This document shows, one piece after another, positions 28,052 through 38,202 of a stretch of 64,000 bases of DNA. The notes under the pieces were generated by a model. That model searched no databases, was not told the DNA's origin, and was given only the letters and a program-made list of their open reading frames with translations. A program made the translations under genes and the position numbers. Each line of letters starts with the position of its first letter. The first letter of the stretch is position 1. Source of the stretch: an uncultured Bacillota bacterium (GTDB lineage: Bacteria; Bacillota; Clostridia; Christensenellales; Borkfalkiaceae); the NCBI GenBank assembly GCA_949297575.1, contig CASFTB010000006.1, positions 7,908 to 71,907 on the forward strand, given 5' to 3'.

Positions 28052-28116
28052 CGCAAACGCGGTCTCCCGTCGGCTGAAAACGGGCGGAAAACAAATAAAT
28101 CATTACGGAGATCTTT

Positions 28117-29154
28117 ATGGATAACAACAGGCAGAAGGCGCTCGACCAGGCTCTCGCACTGATCGAAAAGCACTACGGCAAAGGAGCCATCATGAAGCTC
28201 GGCCAGGCGGCCGGGAATACGGACATCGAAGTCATCCCGACGGGCTGTCTCTCCCTCGACATCGCCCTCGGGATCGGCGGCATCCCTCGCGGCAGGATCG
28301 TGGAGATCTACGGCCCCGAATCTTCCGGCAAGACGACGGTCGCATTGCATTGCATCGCCCAGACGCAGAAGGCGGGCGGTATCGCCGCGTTCGTCGATGC
28401 CGAGCACGCGCTCGATCCCGTCTATGCAAAGAAGCTCGGGGTCGATCTCGACAATCTCTATGTCTCCCAGCCCGATACGGGGGAGCAGGCGCTCGACATC
28501 ACGCACTCTCTTGTGAGCAGCGGTGCGGTCGACCTCGTGGTCATCGACTCCGTCGCCGCCCTCACGCCGAAGGCGGAAATAGAGGGCGATATGGGCGATG
28601 CGCACGTCGGGCTGCAGGCGCGGCTCATGTCGCAGGCGCTGCGCAAGCTGACGGGCATCATCAACAAGTCGCACGCCTGCGTCATCTTTATCAACCAGCT
28701 GCGCGAAAAGGTGGGCGTCATGTTCGGCAACCCCGAAACCACCCCGGGCGGAAAGGCGCTCAAATTCTATGCCTCCGTCCGCATCGACGTGCGCAAGGCA
28801 GATGCCCTCAAAGACAGCGACGGCATCATGGGCAACAAGACGCGCGCGAAAATCGTCAAAAACAAGCTCGCGCCTCCCTTCAAAACGGCGGAATTCGATA
28901 TCCTTTACGGCGAAGGGATCTCGCAGGAAGGCTGCATCATCGACCTCGGCTGCAATTGCGAAGTGATCGGAAAGAGCGGCGCGTGGTTCTCCTATGAAGG
29001 AGAGAAGGTCGCGCAGGGCCGCGAGCGCATGCGCGAGTGGCTGCGGGCAAATCCAGAAAAGGCGAAAGAGATCGAGGCGAAGATCCGCGCGGCATATAAG
29101 CCGACGAAGGAAGAGCCTGTCTCGGAGGAAGCAGAGGAAGCGCCGGAGGAGTAA
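28117..29154 (+). CDS. recA: Recombinase RecA
   Basis: [19 protein letters not shown] and VIDSVAAL motifs. 345 aa. Confidence 0.98.
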   Translation: MDNNRQKALDQALALIEKHYGKGAIMKLGQAAGNTDIEVIPTGCLSLDIALGIGGIPRGRIVEIYGPESSGKTTVALHCIAQTQKAGGIAAFVDAEHALDPVYAKKLGVDLDNLYVSQPDTGEQALDITHSLVSSGAVDLVVIDSVAALTPKAEIEGDMGDAHVGLQARLMSQALRKLTGIINKSHACVIFINQLREKVGVMFGNPETTPGGKALKFYASVRIDVRKADALKDSDGIMGNKTRAKIVKNKLAPPFKTAEFDILYGEGISQEGCIIDLGCNCEVIGKSGAWFSYEGEKVAQGRERMREWLRANPEKAKEIEAKIRAAYKPTKEEPVSEEAEEAPEE

Positions 29155-29161
29155 GCGCCGT

Positions 29162-31075
29162 ATGAAATACGGATTTGTAAAGGCAGCGGCGATCACGCCT
29201 GCCATACGCGTCGCGGATACCCGTGCGAACGCGGCGTCGATCATCGGCAAACTGCGCGAGGCGGCAGCGGCGGGCGCAGAGCTTGCCGTGTTTCCGGAAC
29301 TGTGCCTGTGCGGCTATACCTGCGGCGATCTGTTCGGGCAGGACGTCCTTTTAGAGGGCGCGCTCGACGGTCTGCGCGAGGTCGCGCGGGCGAGCGAGGG
29401 GATGCATCTCCTCGCGTTTGTCGGCGTTCCGTTCCGTCTGGGCGGCGTCCTGTATAACTGTGCCGCGGCGGTGAACGACGGGAAAGTTCTCGCTCTCATC
29501 CCGAAACGGCACCTTCCGAACTATGCGGAATTTTACGAAAAGCGCAATTTTCAGCCCTATACGGGGGAAAACGTGACCGTGGATTTTGACGGAAGGGAGA
29601 TTCCTTTCGGCAACAAGCTGATCCTGCGCTGTGAGGCAGACAGAGAATTTTCCGTGGCGGCGGAATTGTGTGAAGACCTTTGGGTGCCCGCACCTCCCTC
29701 CGTCTCGCACGCGCTCGCGGGTGCGAACATCATCGTGAATCTCTCTGCCAGCGACGAGACGGCGGGCAAGGCGGAATACCGCCGCCTGCTCGTGCGCGCG
29801 CAGTCTGCAAAGACGGTCTCCGCCTACGTCTATGCGGATGCCGGGTCGGGAGAATCTACGACGGACATGGCCTTTTCCGGGCACAACATGATCTGTGAAA
29901 ACGGCGAGATGCTCGCCGAAAGCGCGCCCTTCGGCGCCGGGCTTGCCGTCTCCGAAGTAGACGTTCACAAACTTGCCTTCGAGCGTCGCCGCATCAACAC
30001 TTTTTACGATACGAGCGATCTGGGCGGCTATACGTATGTCCCTTTCAGTGCCGGCTCTGCCGACGTAAAACTGACCCGCGCCGTCTCGCCCTCGCCCTTT
30101 ATCCCTGCAGAGGAAGGGGAGTTGGGCGCCCGCGCGGAACTCATCCTCTCCATCCAGGCGGAGGGGCTGCGTTCGCGGCTCGGGCACATCGGTGTCCATC
30201 GCGCGGTTATCGGAATTTCCGGCGGGCTGGACAGCGCCCTCGCCCTCCTTGTGGCCGTCCGCGCGTTCGATGCGCTCGGAGAAGATAGAAAAGGCATCAC
30301 CGCCGTGACCATGCCCTGTTTCGGCACGACGGACAAGACATATAAGAATTCCCTGCGCCTGATGTCCGCGCTCGGCGTCACGGCGCGCACCGTCCCCATA
30401 GCGGATACCGTCCGCGCTCATTTTAAAGACATCGGCCACGACGAGACGGTGCGCAACGCCGCCTATGAAAACGCGCAGGCGCGCGTCCGTACGCTCGTGC
30501 TCATGGATATCGCCAACGACGTCGGCGGCATCGTCGTGGGAACGGGAGACCTGAGCGAGCTCGCGCTCGGCTGGGCGACGTATAACGGCGACCACATGTC
30601 CATGTACGGCGTCAACGCGTCCGTCCCCAAAACGCTCGTCAAGTACCTGATCCGCAGCGAGGGGAAGAGGCTGGGGGGCGAGGCGGAAGCTGTGCTCGAG
30701 GACATCCTCGCCACCGAGATCAGCCCCGAGCTGCTCCCCCCAGAGGGCGGAAAGATCGCGCAGAAGACGGAAGAACTCGTCGGCCCTTACGAGCTGCACG
30801 ACTTTTATCTCTACTATGCGATCCGATGGGGCTTTTCTCCCGCGAAGGTCTATTTCCTCGCAAAAAATGCTTTCCGCGGGAAGTATGACGGCGCCACTCT
30901 CAAAAAATGGCTGGTCAGTTTCTATTCCCGCTTTTTCTCGCAGCAGTTCAAGCGCTCTTGCCTGCCGGACGGCGTAAAAGTCGGTTCTGTCTCGCTTTCT
31001 CCGCGCGGCGACTGGCGCATGCCTTCCGATGCTTCGGCGGCGCTCTGGCTGGATGAGGCGAAAAATTTGAAGTGA
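29162..31075 (+). CDS. nadE: Glutamine-dependent NAD+ synthetase
   Basis: N-terminal CN-hydrolase domain (FPELCLCGY, ELCEDLW) plus a PP-loop synthetase domain (GISGGLDSALA). ATG 29162 lies 8 nt after the recA stop. The longest ORF begins at 28994 inside recA. Confidence 0.92.
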   Translation: MKYGFVKAAAITPAIRVADTRANAASIIGKLREAAAAGAELAVFPELCLCGYTCGDLFGQDVLLEGALDGLREVARASEGMHLLAFVGVPFRLGGVLYNCAAAVNDGKVLALIPKRHLPNYAEFYEKRNFQPYTGENVTVDFDGREIPFGNKLILRCEADREFSVAAELCEDLWVPAPPSVSHALAGANIIVNLSASDETAGKAEYRRLLVRAQSAKTVSAYVYADAGSGESTTDMAFSGHNMICENGEMLAESAPFGAGLAVSEVDVHKLAFERRRINTFYDTSDLGGYTYVPFSAGSADVKLTRAVSPSPFIPAEEGELGARAELILSIQAEGLRSRLGHIGVHRAVIGISGGLDSALALLVAVRAFDALGEDRKGITAVTMPCFGTTDKTYKNSLRLMSALGVTARTVPIADTVRAHFKDIGHDETVRNAAYENAQARVRTLVLMDIANDVGGIVVGTGDLSELALGWATYNGDHMSMYGVNASVPKTLVKYLIRSEGKRLGGEAEAVLEDILATEISPELLPPEGGKIAQKTEELVGPYELHDFYLYYAIRWGFSPAKVYFLAKNAFRGKYDGATLKKWLVSFYSRFFSQQFKRSCLPDGVKVGSVSLSPRGDWRMPSDASAALWLDEAKNLK

Positions 31076-31087
31076 CAGCGCAAAATG

Positions 31088-31119
31088 AAAAGTTTCGGTC
31101 CGGTCGCCGAAACTTTTTT
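31088..31119 (+). terminator. recA-nadE operon terminator
   Basis: 11-bp stem aaaagtttcgg/ccgaaactttt (31088-31098 / 31107-31117) running into T6. Confidence 0.85.
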
Positions 31120-31150
31120 GTTTGTTTCGGACATTATTTTTTGCGTAGCA

Positions 31151-31179
31151 TTGACTTTTAACAAAAAACCATGTATAAT
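31151..31179 (+). promoter_or_regulatory. Sigma-A promoter of rny
   Basis: TTGACT (31151-31156), 17 bp ending in TG, TATAAT (31174-31179). The leader is about 105 nt. Confidence 0.7.
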
Positions 31180-31285
31180 AAATGGGAAGTATAAATTAAA
31201 AGGGGAGATGGGCGCAGGAGCCGCATAGGCGCCCGTTCTGCCTGTTGGTTTATATTTAAAGTTTATTTCATAGGGAGGCTTTTCG

Positions 31286-32902
31286 ATGGCTACAGCGAAT
31301 TTGAGCTCCCTGTTTCTTGCGGGCACGGTCTCGGTGGGGCTTTTCATCGTCGTGCTTATCGTCGCTATTGTTGTTATTGGTTTTGCCGCGTTTTTTGCCG
31401 GATATCTCATTCACAAAAAGAATACCGAAAAGAAGCTCGGCGAAGTGAATCAAAGGATCAAAATAATGCTTGACGAGGCGGAAGCCGAGGGCAAAGCATT
31501 AAAAAAAGAAGCAATTTTAGAGGCCAAGGAACAGGACTTAAAGTTAAGGAACGAATTCGAACGCGAATCTAAAGAGAAGAAGCTCGAGCTGCAAAAGGCG
31601 GAACAGCGCCTCATGCAGAAGGAAGACAACCTCGACAAGAAGGAGGACGCCCTGCAAAAGCGTTCCGATTCCCTCGAGCAGCAGCAAAAAAATCTTGCCC
31701 GTCAGGAAGGCGAGATCAAAAAGATGCAGGAAAAGGTTGCCCATCAGCACGATCTGATGGTGCAGGAACTCGAAAAGGTCGCCCAACTCACCCGCGAAGA
31801 GGCGAAGCAGGCGCTGACCGAAAGCATCCTCGAAGAGGCCAGGCACGATGTCGCCGTACAGGTACGCAATATCGAGCAGGAGGCGAAAGACGAGGCGGAG
31901 ACGAACGCGAAAAAGATCATCAGTCTCGCGATCCAGCGGTGTGCGTCCGATCATGCGTCCGAGATCACCGTCTCCGTCGTGCCGCTGCCCAATGACGACA
32001 TGAAGGCGCGCATCATCGGCCGGGAGGGCCGCAATATCCGTGCCCTCGAAAACGCCACGGGGATAGAGCTGATCATCGACGACACGCCGGAGGTGGTCAT
32101 CCTTTCCGGTTTCGATCCGGTCCGCAGAGAAGTGGCGCGCCTTTCCCTCGAAAGGCTGATCGGAGACGGCCGCATCCACCCCGCCCGCATCGAAGAGACG
32201 GTGGAAAAGGTGCGCAAAGAGCTCGATCAGCAGATCAAGGAAAACGGCGAAGCGGCCATGTTCGAGGTCGGTATTTTCGGCATCCATCCCGAACTGATCA
32301 AATTGCTCGGCAGGCTCAAATACAGGACGAGTTACGGCCAGAACGTGTACAAGCACTCTATCGAAGTCGCGCAGCTCGCCGGCATGATGGCAGCCGAGCT
32401 CGGGCTGGATGTGAACCTCGCCAAGCGGGCCGGCCTCCTGCATGATATCGGCAAGGCGGTCGACCACGAACAGGAGGGCACCCATATCCAGATCGGCGCC
32501 GACCTCGCCAAAAAGTACAAGGAGAGCGCGAACGTCATCAACGCGATCATGGCACACCACGGCGACGTGGAGCCGAAGACCGTCGAGGCCGTTTTGGTGC
32601 AGGCGGCGGATGCGATCTCGGGCGCGCGTCCCGGGGCGCGCAGGGAGACGAGCACGAATTACGTCAAGCGCCTCGAGCAGCTCGAGCAGATCGCCGCATC
32701 CTTCAAGGGCGTGGAAAAGACGTATGCCATTCAGGCAGGGCGTGAAGTGCGCGTCATCGTCAAACCCGAGCAGATCGACGATGCCCAGACTCTCTTCCTC
32801 GCGAAGGATATCGCAAAGAAGATCGAGCAGGAACTCGAATATCCGGGACAGATCAAGGTCAACGTCATCCGCGAATTCCGCAGCGTCGAATACGCGAAGT
32901 AG
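31286..32902 (+). CDS. rny: Ribonuclease Y
   Basis: N-terminal TM, a coiled-coil region, a KH domain ([13 protein letters not shown]) and an HD domain ([12 protein letters not shown]). 538 aa. Confidence 0.95.
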   Translation: MATANLSSLFLAGTVSVGLFIVVLIVAIVVIGFAAFFAGYLIHKKNTEKKLGEVNQRIKIMLDEAEAEGKALKKEAILEAKEQDLKLRNEFERESKEKKLELQKAEQRLMQKEDNLDKKEDALQKRSDSLEQQQKNLARQEGEIKKMQEKVAHQHDLMVQELEKVAQLTREEAKQALTESILEEARHDVAVQVRNIEQEAKDEAETNAKKIISLAIQRCASDHASEITVSVVPLPNDDMKARIIGREGRNIRALENATGIELIIDDTPEVVILSGFDPVRREVARLSLERLIGDGRIHPARIEETVEKVRKELDQQIKENGEAAMFEVGIFGIHPELIKLLGRLKYRTSYGQNVYKHSIEVAQLAGMMAAELGLDVNLAKRAGLLHDIGKAVDHEQEGTHIQIGADLAKKYKESANVINAIMAHHGDVEPKTVEAVLVQAADAISGARPGARRETSTNYVKRLEQLEQIAASFKGVEKTYAIQAGREVRVIVKPEQIDDAQTLFLAKDIAKKIEQELEYPGQIKVNVIREFRSVEYAK

Positions 32903-32960
32903 AAAAATCAAATGGGGGGCGGAGCCGGCAAGGCTCCGCCCTTCATCCTGCGATCGGCGC

Positions 32961-32992
32961 AGAGAGGCATGTTTTGCCTCTCTTTTTCTTTT
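32961..32992 (+). terminator. rny terminator
   Basis: agagaggc/gcctctct (32961-32968 / 32976-32983) followed by a T-rich tract. A GC hairpin gggcggagcc/ggctccgccc (32917-32941) precedes it. Confidence 0.75.
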
Positions 32993-33056
32993 GCCCCGCA
33001 TAACTTCATCTCCCGCACAATATACATAAGTATGCCAACGGGGAGGAAGAGGACGC

Positions 33057-33962
33057 ATGCTCGAATTTCTTACGGACGGCCTGAGAGAGGCACTGCTCAA
33101 CGTCAATATGAACCTCGTCTATGAGCTGCGCATACGGGCAAACAGGCCCGTCGTCGTAAATTACGGGGGAGAATACACTTTTTTGGGAGCGCGCGGCATT
33201 ACGCCACACATCGGTGCTGCGATCGTAACCTGTTATTCCGACATTGAAAACATCATATACCGCGCGAGCGAATATTCCGTCTACTCTGTGACGGACAAGC
33301 TCAGACAGGGCTTTCTGACAGGGGCGGGAGGCGAGCGCATCGGGCTTGCGGGAGCCTATGTTTATGAAAAGGGCGAGGCGTTTACGGTAAAGGAAGTCAC
33401 CTCTCTCAACATCCGCGTACCGCACGAAGTGCGCGGATGCGGCGAAAAGATCTACAGGACATGCTTTTCAAAGGGGATCGCGAGCGCGCTCATCCTTTCT
33501 CCTCCCGGCAGGGGGAAGACGACGATCCTGCGCGACCTCGCGCGCCTCATTTCTGCGCACAGGCTGCTGAATGTGCTGATCAGCGACGAGCGCAACGAGA
33601 TCTGCGCCGTCAATCGGGACTTCTCTCTCGATACGGGCGCCTTTTCAGACGTGGTCCGGTATGCCGCCAAGAGGGATGCGCTCACCGCAGCGGTGCGCAC
33701 CATGCGCCCCGATCTCATCGTGACGGACGAGCTGGTGGACGAGGCGGAGATCGATGCCGTCGCCTGCTGCATCCGCGGCGGCGTCGAGGTGCTCGCCTCG
33801 GCGCATTTCCGCGACCTGGAGAGCATGCGCGCGTCTCCTCCCTTTGCCCGCGCCCTGCGCGAGCGCCTGTTCGGTTATTATATCCTCCTTGCGGGGGAAG
33901 GGATAGGGCAGGTGCGGCAGATCTATGCGGCAGACCTGACGCCCGTTGCCGACCTATGCTGA
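33057..33962 (+). CDS. spoIIIAA: Stage III sporulation protein AA (ATPase)
   Basis: Walker A SPPGRGKTTILRD and LISDERNEI. It is the first gene of an eight-gene spoIIIA-type operon. Confidence 0.9.
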   Translation: MLEFLTDGLREALLNVNMNLVYELRIRANRPVVVNYGGEYTFLGARGITPHIGAAIVTCYSDIENIIYRASEYSVYSVTDKLRQGFLTGAGGERIGLAGAYVYEKGEAFTVKEVTSLNIRVPHEVRGCGEKIYRTCFSKGIASALILSPPGRGKTTILRDLARLISAHRLLNVLISDERNEICAVNRDFSLDTGAFSDVVRYAAKRDALTAAVRTMRPDLIVTDELVDEAEIDAVACCIRGGVEVLASAHFRDLESMRASPPFARALRERLFGYYILLAGEGIGQVRQIYAADLTPVADLC

Positions 33963-34426
33963 GGGTATTTCTCTGCGTCCTCGCCGTCGCGGCGTGTACG
34001 GGGCTTGCTTATCTGTTCACGCGCAAGCACAAGCAGCGCATGCTCTTCTTTTATAACCTCGACCTGTTCAACGAGCGGCTCGTCAACGAGGTCAGCTATA
34101 CGCGCGTACCGTTGCCCGCCTTTATAGAAAAATACGAATTCGGCGGAGATTTTAAAAAGATGCTGCAAGAAAAGAGGGCTTCCGATTTCGGAACAGAGAA
34201 CTACGGCTTTTCGTACTTGACGCCCGACGAGCGAAAATTTCTTTCCGATTACTTTCTCCTGGTCGGGAGGAGCGATGCCGCGTCGCAGCGCACCTATCTG
34301 TCCGCCGTCCGCGAAGAGATCGCGGGGCGCAGGCGCTCGGCGGAGGAGATCTATAAAAAATATTTTTCGCTGTACATGAAGCTGGGGTTTCTCGCGGGGC
34401 TCGTCCTCGCCGTCCTCATCGTCTGA
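33956..34426 (+). CDS. spoIIIAB: Stage III sporulation protein AB
   Basis: 156 aa, with an N-terminal TM and a C-terminal TM. ATG 33956 overlaps the spoIIIAA stop. The call rests on position and size. Confidence 0.8.
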   Translation: MLRVFLCVLAVAACTGLAYLFTRKHKQRMLFFYNLDLFNERLVNEVSYTRVPLPAFIEKYEFGGDFKKMLQEKRASDFGTENYGFSYLTPDERKFLSDYFLLVGRSDAASQRTYLSAVREEIAGRRRSAEEIYKKYFSLYMKLGFLAGLVLAVLIV

Positions 34427-34443
34427 ACGGAGGGGAGCAAAGG

Positions 34444-34641
34444 GTGGAAATTGACGTCATCTTTAAGATCGCGGCGATCGGGATCATCGTGACCATCGTC
34501 TGCCAGGTGCTGAAAAAGTCGGAAAGGGAGGACATTGCGACCATCGTCAGCCTTGCTGGGCTGGTCATCGTCCTCGCGGTCGTGCTGGATATGGTCGCCG
34601 ACCTGTTCGACTCGGTGCGGAACCTGTTCGACCTCTTCTGA
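34444..34641 (+). CDS. spoIIIAC: Stage III sporulation protein AC
   Basis: 65-aa two-TM protein, IFKIAAIGIIVTIVCQVLKKSEREDIA... Confidence 0.9.
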   Translation: MEIDVIFKIAAIGIIVTIVCQVLKKSEREDIATIVSLAGLVIVLAVVLDMVADLFDSVRNLFDLF

Positions 34642-34642
34642 A

Positions 34643-35035
34643 ATGGAGCTCGTCAGGATCCTCGGCGTCGGCCTGATCACGGCGATCGCCGCGCTGTTGC
34701 TCAAAAGTTCGAAGCCCGAGCTCGCCTTTGCCGTCACGATCGCGGGCTCGGCGATCGTCCTCATCTTTTCCCTCGAGCTTCTCTCCTCCGTGTTCGGCAT
34801 CTTTGCGGAGATAGGGGAAAAGACGGGCATCGACGCTTCACTCATCAAAGTTGTCCTGAAGATCGTCGCGATCGGCTATCTCGTCGAATTTGCGGCGGGT
34901 GTCGTGGAGGATTTCGGGTCGAAAAGCATTGCGGACAAGCTGGTGTTCGCCGGCAAAGTGGTCATCTTTTCCGTATCCGTCCCCATTATCCGCGCCATGG
35001 TCGGCCTGATCGGCAGTTTCTTGGAGTTGGTATGA
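34643..35035 (+). CDS. spoIIIAD: Stage III sporulation protein AD
   Basis: 130-aa polytopic protein, ILGVGLITAIAALLLK...KIVAIGYLVEFAAGV. It starts 1 nt after the spoIIIAC stop. Confidence 0.9.
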   Translation: MELVRILGVGLITAIAALLLKSSKPELAFAVTIAGSAIVLIFSLELLSSVFGIFAEIGEKTGIDASLIKVVLKIVAIGYLVEFAAGVVEDFGSKSIADKLVFAGKVVIFSVSVPIIRAMVGLIGSFLELV

Positions 35036-36237
35036 GGGTAAAGAAGCGCCGACGCAGGCGCGGGATCGTTTTCGTTTTCTTTCTTCTTGCAGCCGTATTT
35101 CTCTGTTGTTCCTTTCTGCCCGCTGCGGCAAAAGGGGAGGAAGAGCAGGGGGAGGATCTGATGGGGAATATAGAGGAGATCCTGGGAGATCTGGATACGG
35201 GAGCTCTCCAGGAATACATCGATTCGCTCTCGGAAGAGCAGAAGGAGCTGTTTGGCGAAAACATTGCGGACAAGATCCTCTCCGTGCTCAGCGGAGATTT
35301 CAGCCTGGACTATGAAAACGTCTTTTCAGCCCTTTCGGGGCTGCTGTTCGGGCAGATATCCGATCTGCTCCCTGCCTTCTGCGCCATCTGCGCCATCGCC
35401 CTCCTCTGCGGCATACTGGACAGGTTCAAGAGCGCTTTTTCCGAGCAGGGCACGGCAAAGATCATCTTTTTTGTCGGATATGCCGCGGTGCTCGTCTTGA
35501 TCCTGTCCTCGTTTTCTGTCATCGTCGGCGAGTGCATCCGTTCGGTTTCTTCCATGCAGGCGCAGATGCAGGCCGTCTTCCCCATACTGCTCACCCTGAT
35601 CGCGACGAGCGGCGGGGCCGTATCCGTGGCGGTCTACCGCCCCGCCGTCCTCTTTTTGAGCGAGGGCATCGTGGGCATCGTTTCGGGCGCCGTCTTTCCG
35701 CTCGCCGTGCTGATCTGCGTTCTGAATATGGTAGGCAACATGAGCGGGGAGATCCGTCTCAAAAATTTCTCCTCCCTCTTTACCTCCGTCATCAAATGGA
35801 CGCTGGGCATCTCCCTCGCCGCTTTTACCGTCTTTCTGACGGTACAGGGCATCACGTCCGCGACCTATGACGGGCTCTCTTTTAAGGCGGCAAAATATGC
35901 GGTCAGCAACTCCGTGCCCATCATCGGCGGATTTCTCGGCAGCGGCTTCGACCTCGTCGTCGCGGGCAGCGTGCTGATAAAGAATTCCGTCGGCTCCTGC
36001 GGCATCCTGTTGCTCGCTCTCGTGCTCGCGGGGCCGCTCGTGCAGCTTATCGCCTACAACCTCTTTCTGAAGCTCTCCGCGGCTGTCGCCGAACCGCTCG
36101 GCGATGCACGCATCGCGTCCTTTCTTTCCTCCCTCTCCGGCACCGTCAACTATTTCACTGCAGGCCTGCTCGCGGTCGGGTTCATGTATTTCATCACCAT
36201 GCTGCTGCTGATCTGCTCCTCGAACGCGCTGTTCTGA
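35032..36237 (+). CDS. spoIIIAE: Stage III sporulation protein AE
   Basis: 401 aa with a signal/anchor and multiple TM segments. ATGA overlap with spoIIIAD. Conserved operon order. Confidence 0.88.
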   Translation: MRVKKRRRRRGIVFVFFLLAAVFLCCSFLPAAAKGEEEQGEDLMGNIEEILGDLDTGALQEYIDSLSEEQKELFGENIADKILSVLSGDFSLDYENVFSALSGLLFGQISDLLPAFCAICAIALLCGILDRFKSAFSEQGTAKIIFFVGYAAVLVLILSSFSVIVGECIRSVSSMQAQMQAVFPILLTLIATSGGAVSVAVYRPAVLFLSEGIVGIVSGAVFPLAVLICVLNMVGNMSGEIRLKNFSSLFTSVIKWTLGISLAAFTVFLTVQGITSATYDGLSFKAAKYAVSNSVPIIGGFLGSGFDLVVAGSVLIKNSVGSCGILLLALVLAGPLVQLIAYNLFLKLSAAVAEPLGDARIASFLSSLSGTVNYFTAGLLAVGFMYFITMLLLICSSNALF

Positions 36238-36719
36238 TGCAGGGATACATCCTCGCCGTCTGCGGAGCGATTATTTTGTCCGCACTTGTCTCTATCCTCC
36301 TGCCGGAGGGGAGGATCGGCAAGTTTATCGGCGGCATCATGAAGGTCTTTTGCGTTCTGGTTATGTTGCTACCACTGTACGAGCTCGTTTCGGGGCTGTC
36401 CGCTCCCGAGCCGGAGGAGGGCTCCACGGAGTCTTCCGTGGAGCTTGATGAAGATTTTATAGACGGCATGTTCGCCGAACGCGCACAGGCGCAGGCGGAA
36501 GATTTGGAACTTGCCCTCGCGGAAGACCCGGGCATCGCTGTCTGCGCGGAAGTTTTGTGGGAACGTGTCGAATACTCCTATACTGTGCGGGAAGTGCGCG
36601 TCAAAATAGAAAATTTCGGAATATACGGCGAAGACGAGCATATATTTGTTATAGAGCAAGTCGAAGAGCGCGTATCCGAACTGATGGGAAACATACCGGA
36701 GGTGGTCGTATATGAGTGA
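36237..36719 (+). CDS. spoIIIAF: Stage III sporulation protein AF
   Basis: 160 aa with two N-terminal TM helices and an acidic soluble domain. The call rests on position in the operon. Confidence 0.75.
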   Translation: MQGYILAVCGAIILSALVSILLPEGRIGKFIGGIMKVFCVLVMLLPLYELVSGLSAPEPEEGSTESSVELDEDFIDGMFAERAQAQAEDLELALAEDPGIAVCAEVLWERVEYSYTVREVRVKIENFGIYGEDEHIFVIEQVEERVSELMGNIPEVVVYE

Positions 36720-37200
36720 ATCGGTGCTCGCGAAGGTAAAGGAGAAGGCGAGGTCCGGCAAGGTGATCGAGATAGCGGTCATTCTTATGCTGGCCGTCAT
36801 TGTCGCCGCGGTGATCTTTTCCGCGCTGGGCGGCGGACGGGAGGAGACATCTTCTTCCGAAGAATACGCGCAGTATCTCTCTTCGCACCTCGCATCCGTC
36901 CTCGGGCAGATAGAGGGGGCGGGCGATGTGGGGGTATTTCTCACCGTGGCATCGGAGGGCGAAAAGGTCATCGCCACCGAGAGTACGGTGGAAGAGGACG
37001 GAACAGTCGTCACCACGCCCGTCTTATCGGGAGGAGACGTCATCGTCCTCGAAGAAAAATACCCGCAGGTCACGGGCGTTCTGATCGTAGCCGAAGGTGC
37101 AAACGACCTGAATGTGCGCTTTGCTCTGCTGGAAGCGACCGCGTCCGTTTTAAATATAAACCAAAGCATAATCAAAGTATACACAAAGGGCAGCGCATAA
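36712..37200 (+). CDS. spoIIIAG: Stage III sporulation protein AG
   Basis: 162 aa with a single TM. The C-terminal part reads PQVTGVLIVAEGANDLNVRFALLEATASVLNI, typical of SpoIIIAG ring-building motifs. Confidence 0.8.
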   Translation: MSESVLAKVKEKARSGKVIEIAVILMLAVIVAAVIFSALGGGREETSSSEEYAQYLSSHLASVLGQIEGAGDVGVFLTVASEGEKVIATESTVEEDGTVVTTPVLSGGDVIVLEEKYPQVTGVLIVAEGANDLNVRFALLEATASVLNINQSIIKVYTKGSA

Positions 37201-37228
37201 TTCAGCAATAAAAAGGAGAATAAAAGAG

Positions 37229-37714
37229 ATGTCAAAGACCAAAAAGATCGTGATCATGTCCGGCCTCGTTCTGCTCCTTGCCGTGACGGCCGTGTTTAAC
37301 TTTGTGCTTGCGGGCAGCGTTTCCGGCAATGCGGAAGACGGCGTGACGACCGCAAATTACTTTGCCACGTATCGCACGGAACGCACGACGACGCGCAACG
37401 AAGAGCTCCTGCAGCTCGATTCCATCCTGGAGGATACGGAAGCGGGGAGCAGTGCATACGAGGAAGCGATGGCGCTCAAACTGCAGATCGTCGAAATGAT
37501 GGAGCGCGAGCTTTTGCTCGAGACCTTCATCAAATCGGTCGGGTATACCGACGCCGTCGTCAGCATCGGGATGGATTCGGACAACGTGAACGTGTTCGTC
37601 AATGCAGATCAGCTCGCCTATAACGACTTCCTCACCATTTACAATATCCTCACCGAAGAGGCGGGCTGCGACCCTGCAAATGTAAATATTATGCCGATAA
37701 ATTCGGAAAGTTGA
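37229..37714 (+). CDS. spoIIIAH: Stage III sporulation protein AH
   Basis: 161 aa with an N-terminal TM. YFATYRTERTTTRNEELLQL is typical of SpoIIIAH. It is the last gene of the operon. Confidence 0.75.
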   Translation: MSKTKKIVIMSGLVLLLAVTAVFNFVLAGSVSGNAEDGVTTANYFATYRTERTTTRNEELLQLDSILEDTEAGSSAYEEAMALKLQIVEMMERELLLETFIKSVGYTDAVVSIGMDSDNVNVFVNADQLAYNDFLTIYNILTEEAGCDPANVNIMPINSES

Positions 37715-37743
37715 GAAAAATACTGTTCAAATCGCCGAAAGTA

Positions 37744-37752
37744 TGGTATAAT
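37744..37752 (+). promoter_or_regulatory. Possible extended -10 promoter for asp23-nusB-folD
   Basis: TGgTATAAT (TATAAT 37747-37752) with only a weak -35 (TGTTCA) 17 bp upstream. Confidence 0.4.
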
Positions 37753-37783
37753 AACAGAAAGAAAAACTTCGGAGAAAGTCACC

Positions 37784-38125
37784 ATGGCTATTTTCAGGCG
37801 CGTCCCGCCCGACGGACAAAAAGGCAAAGTTTCCTATAACTCGGGTATCGTGAGCAAGATCATCAGCCTCGCCGTCTCGGAGATCGAGGGGGTGGAGATG
37901 GTGCCCGGTACAAAGCGCGGCCTCCGGCTGTATTTTGAAAAGGACGGCGTATATGCGGACATTTCCGTTCGCGTCGACTACGGGTTCACCGTGCCGGAAG
38001 TGGCGTTCAAGATCCAGCAGTCCGTCAAGCATAACGTCGAGGCGATGACAAAATATAAAGTCGCAAAAGTCGATGTATATGTCGTCGGGGTAGATTCTCT
38101 CGGCGAACATGCGGCGGAAGTATAA
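37784..38125 (+). CDS. Asp23/Gls24-family envelope stress protein
   Basis: GKVSYNSGIVSKIISLAVSEIEGV...VKHNVEAMTKYKVAKVDVYVVGV matches the Asp23 pattern. 113 aa. Confidence 0.85.
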   Translation: MAIFRRVPPDGQKGKVSYNSGIVSKIISLAVSEIEGVEMVPGTKRGLRLYFEKDGVYADISVRVDYGFTVPEVAFKIQQSVKHNVEAMTKYKVAKVDVYVVGVDSLGEHAAEV

Positions 38126-38202
38126 GTGTTCTCCATTTTCCCCTCGGTCCTCGGGGGGAAATGTTCCGTTTACGGCAGAATTTTTTTATTTGGTATCAGA
38201 AG

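Noticed and set aside
28052-28116. LexA (Cheo) box upstream of recA
   Set aside because: No GAAC-N4-GTTC-like palindrome is present in the cinA-recA gap. recA appears to be transcribed from upstream genes.
32995-33056. Sigma-E-type promoter for spoIIIAA
   Set aside because: CATA-containing elements occur (32999-33002 and 33025-33033). Their spacing (about 22 nt, or 12 nt for an alternative -35) does not fit the consensus as I recall it (7-mer, 14 bp, CATACA-T), so no call is made.
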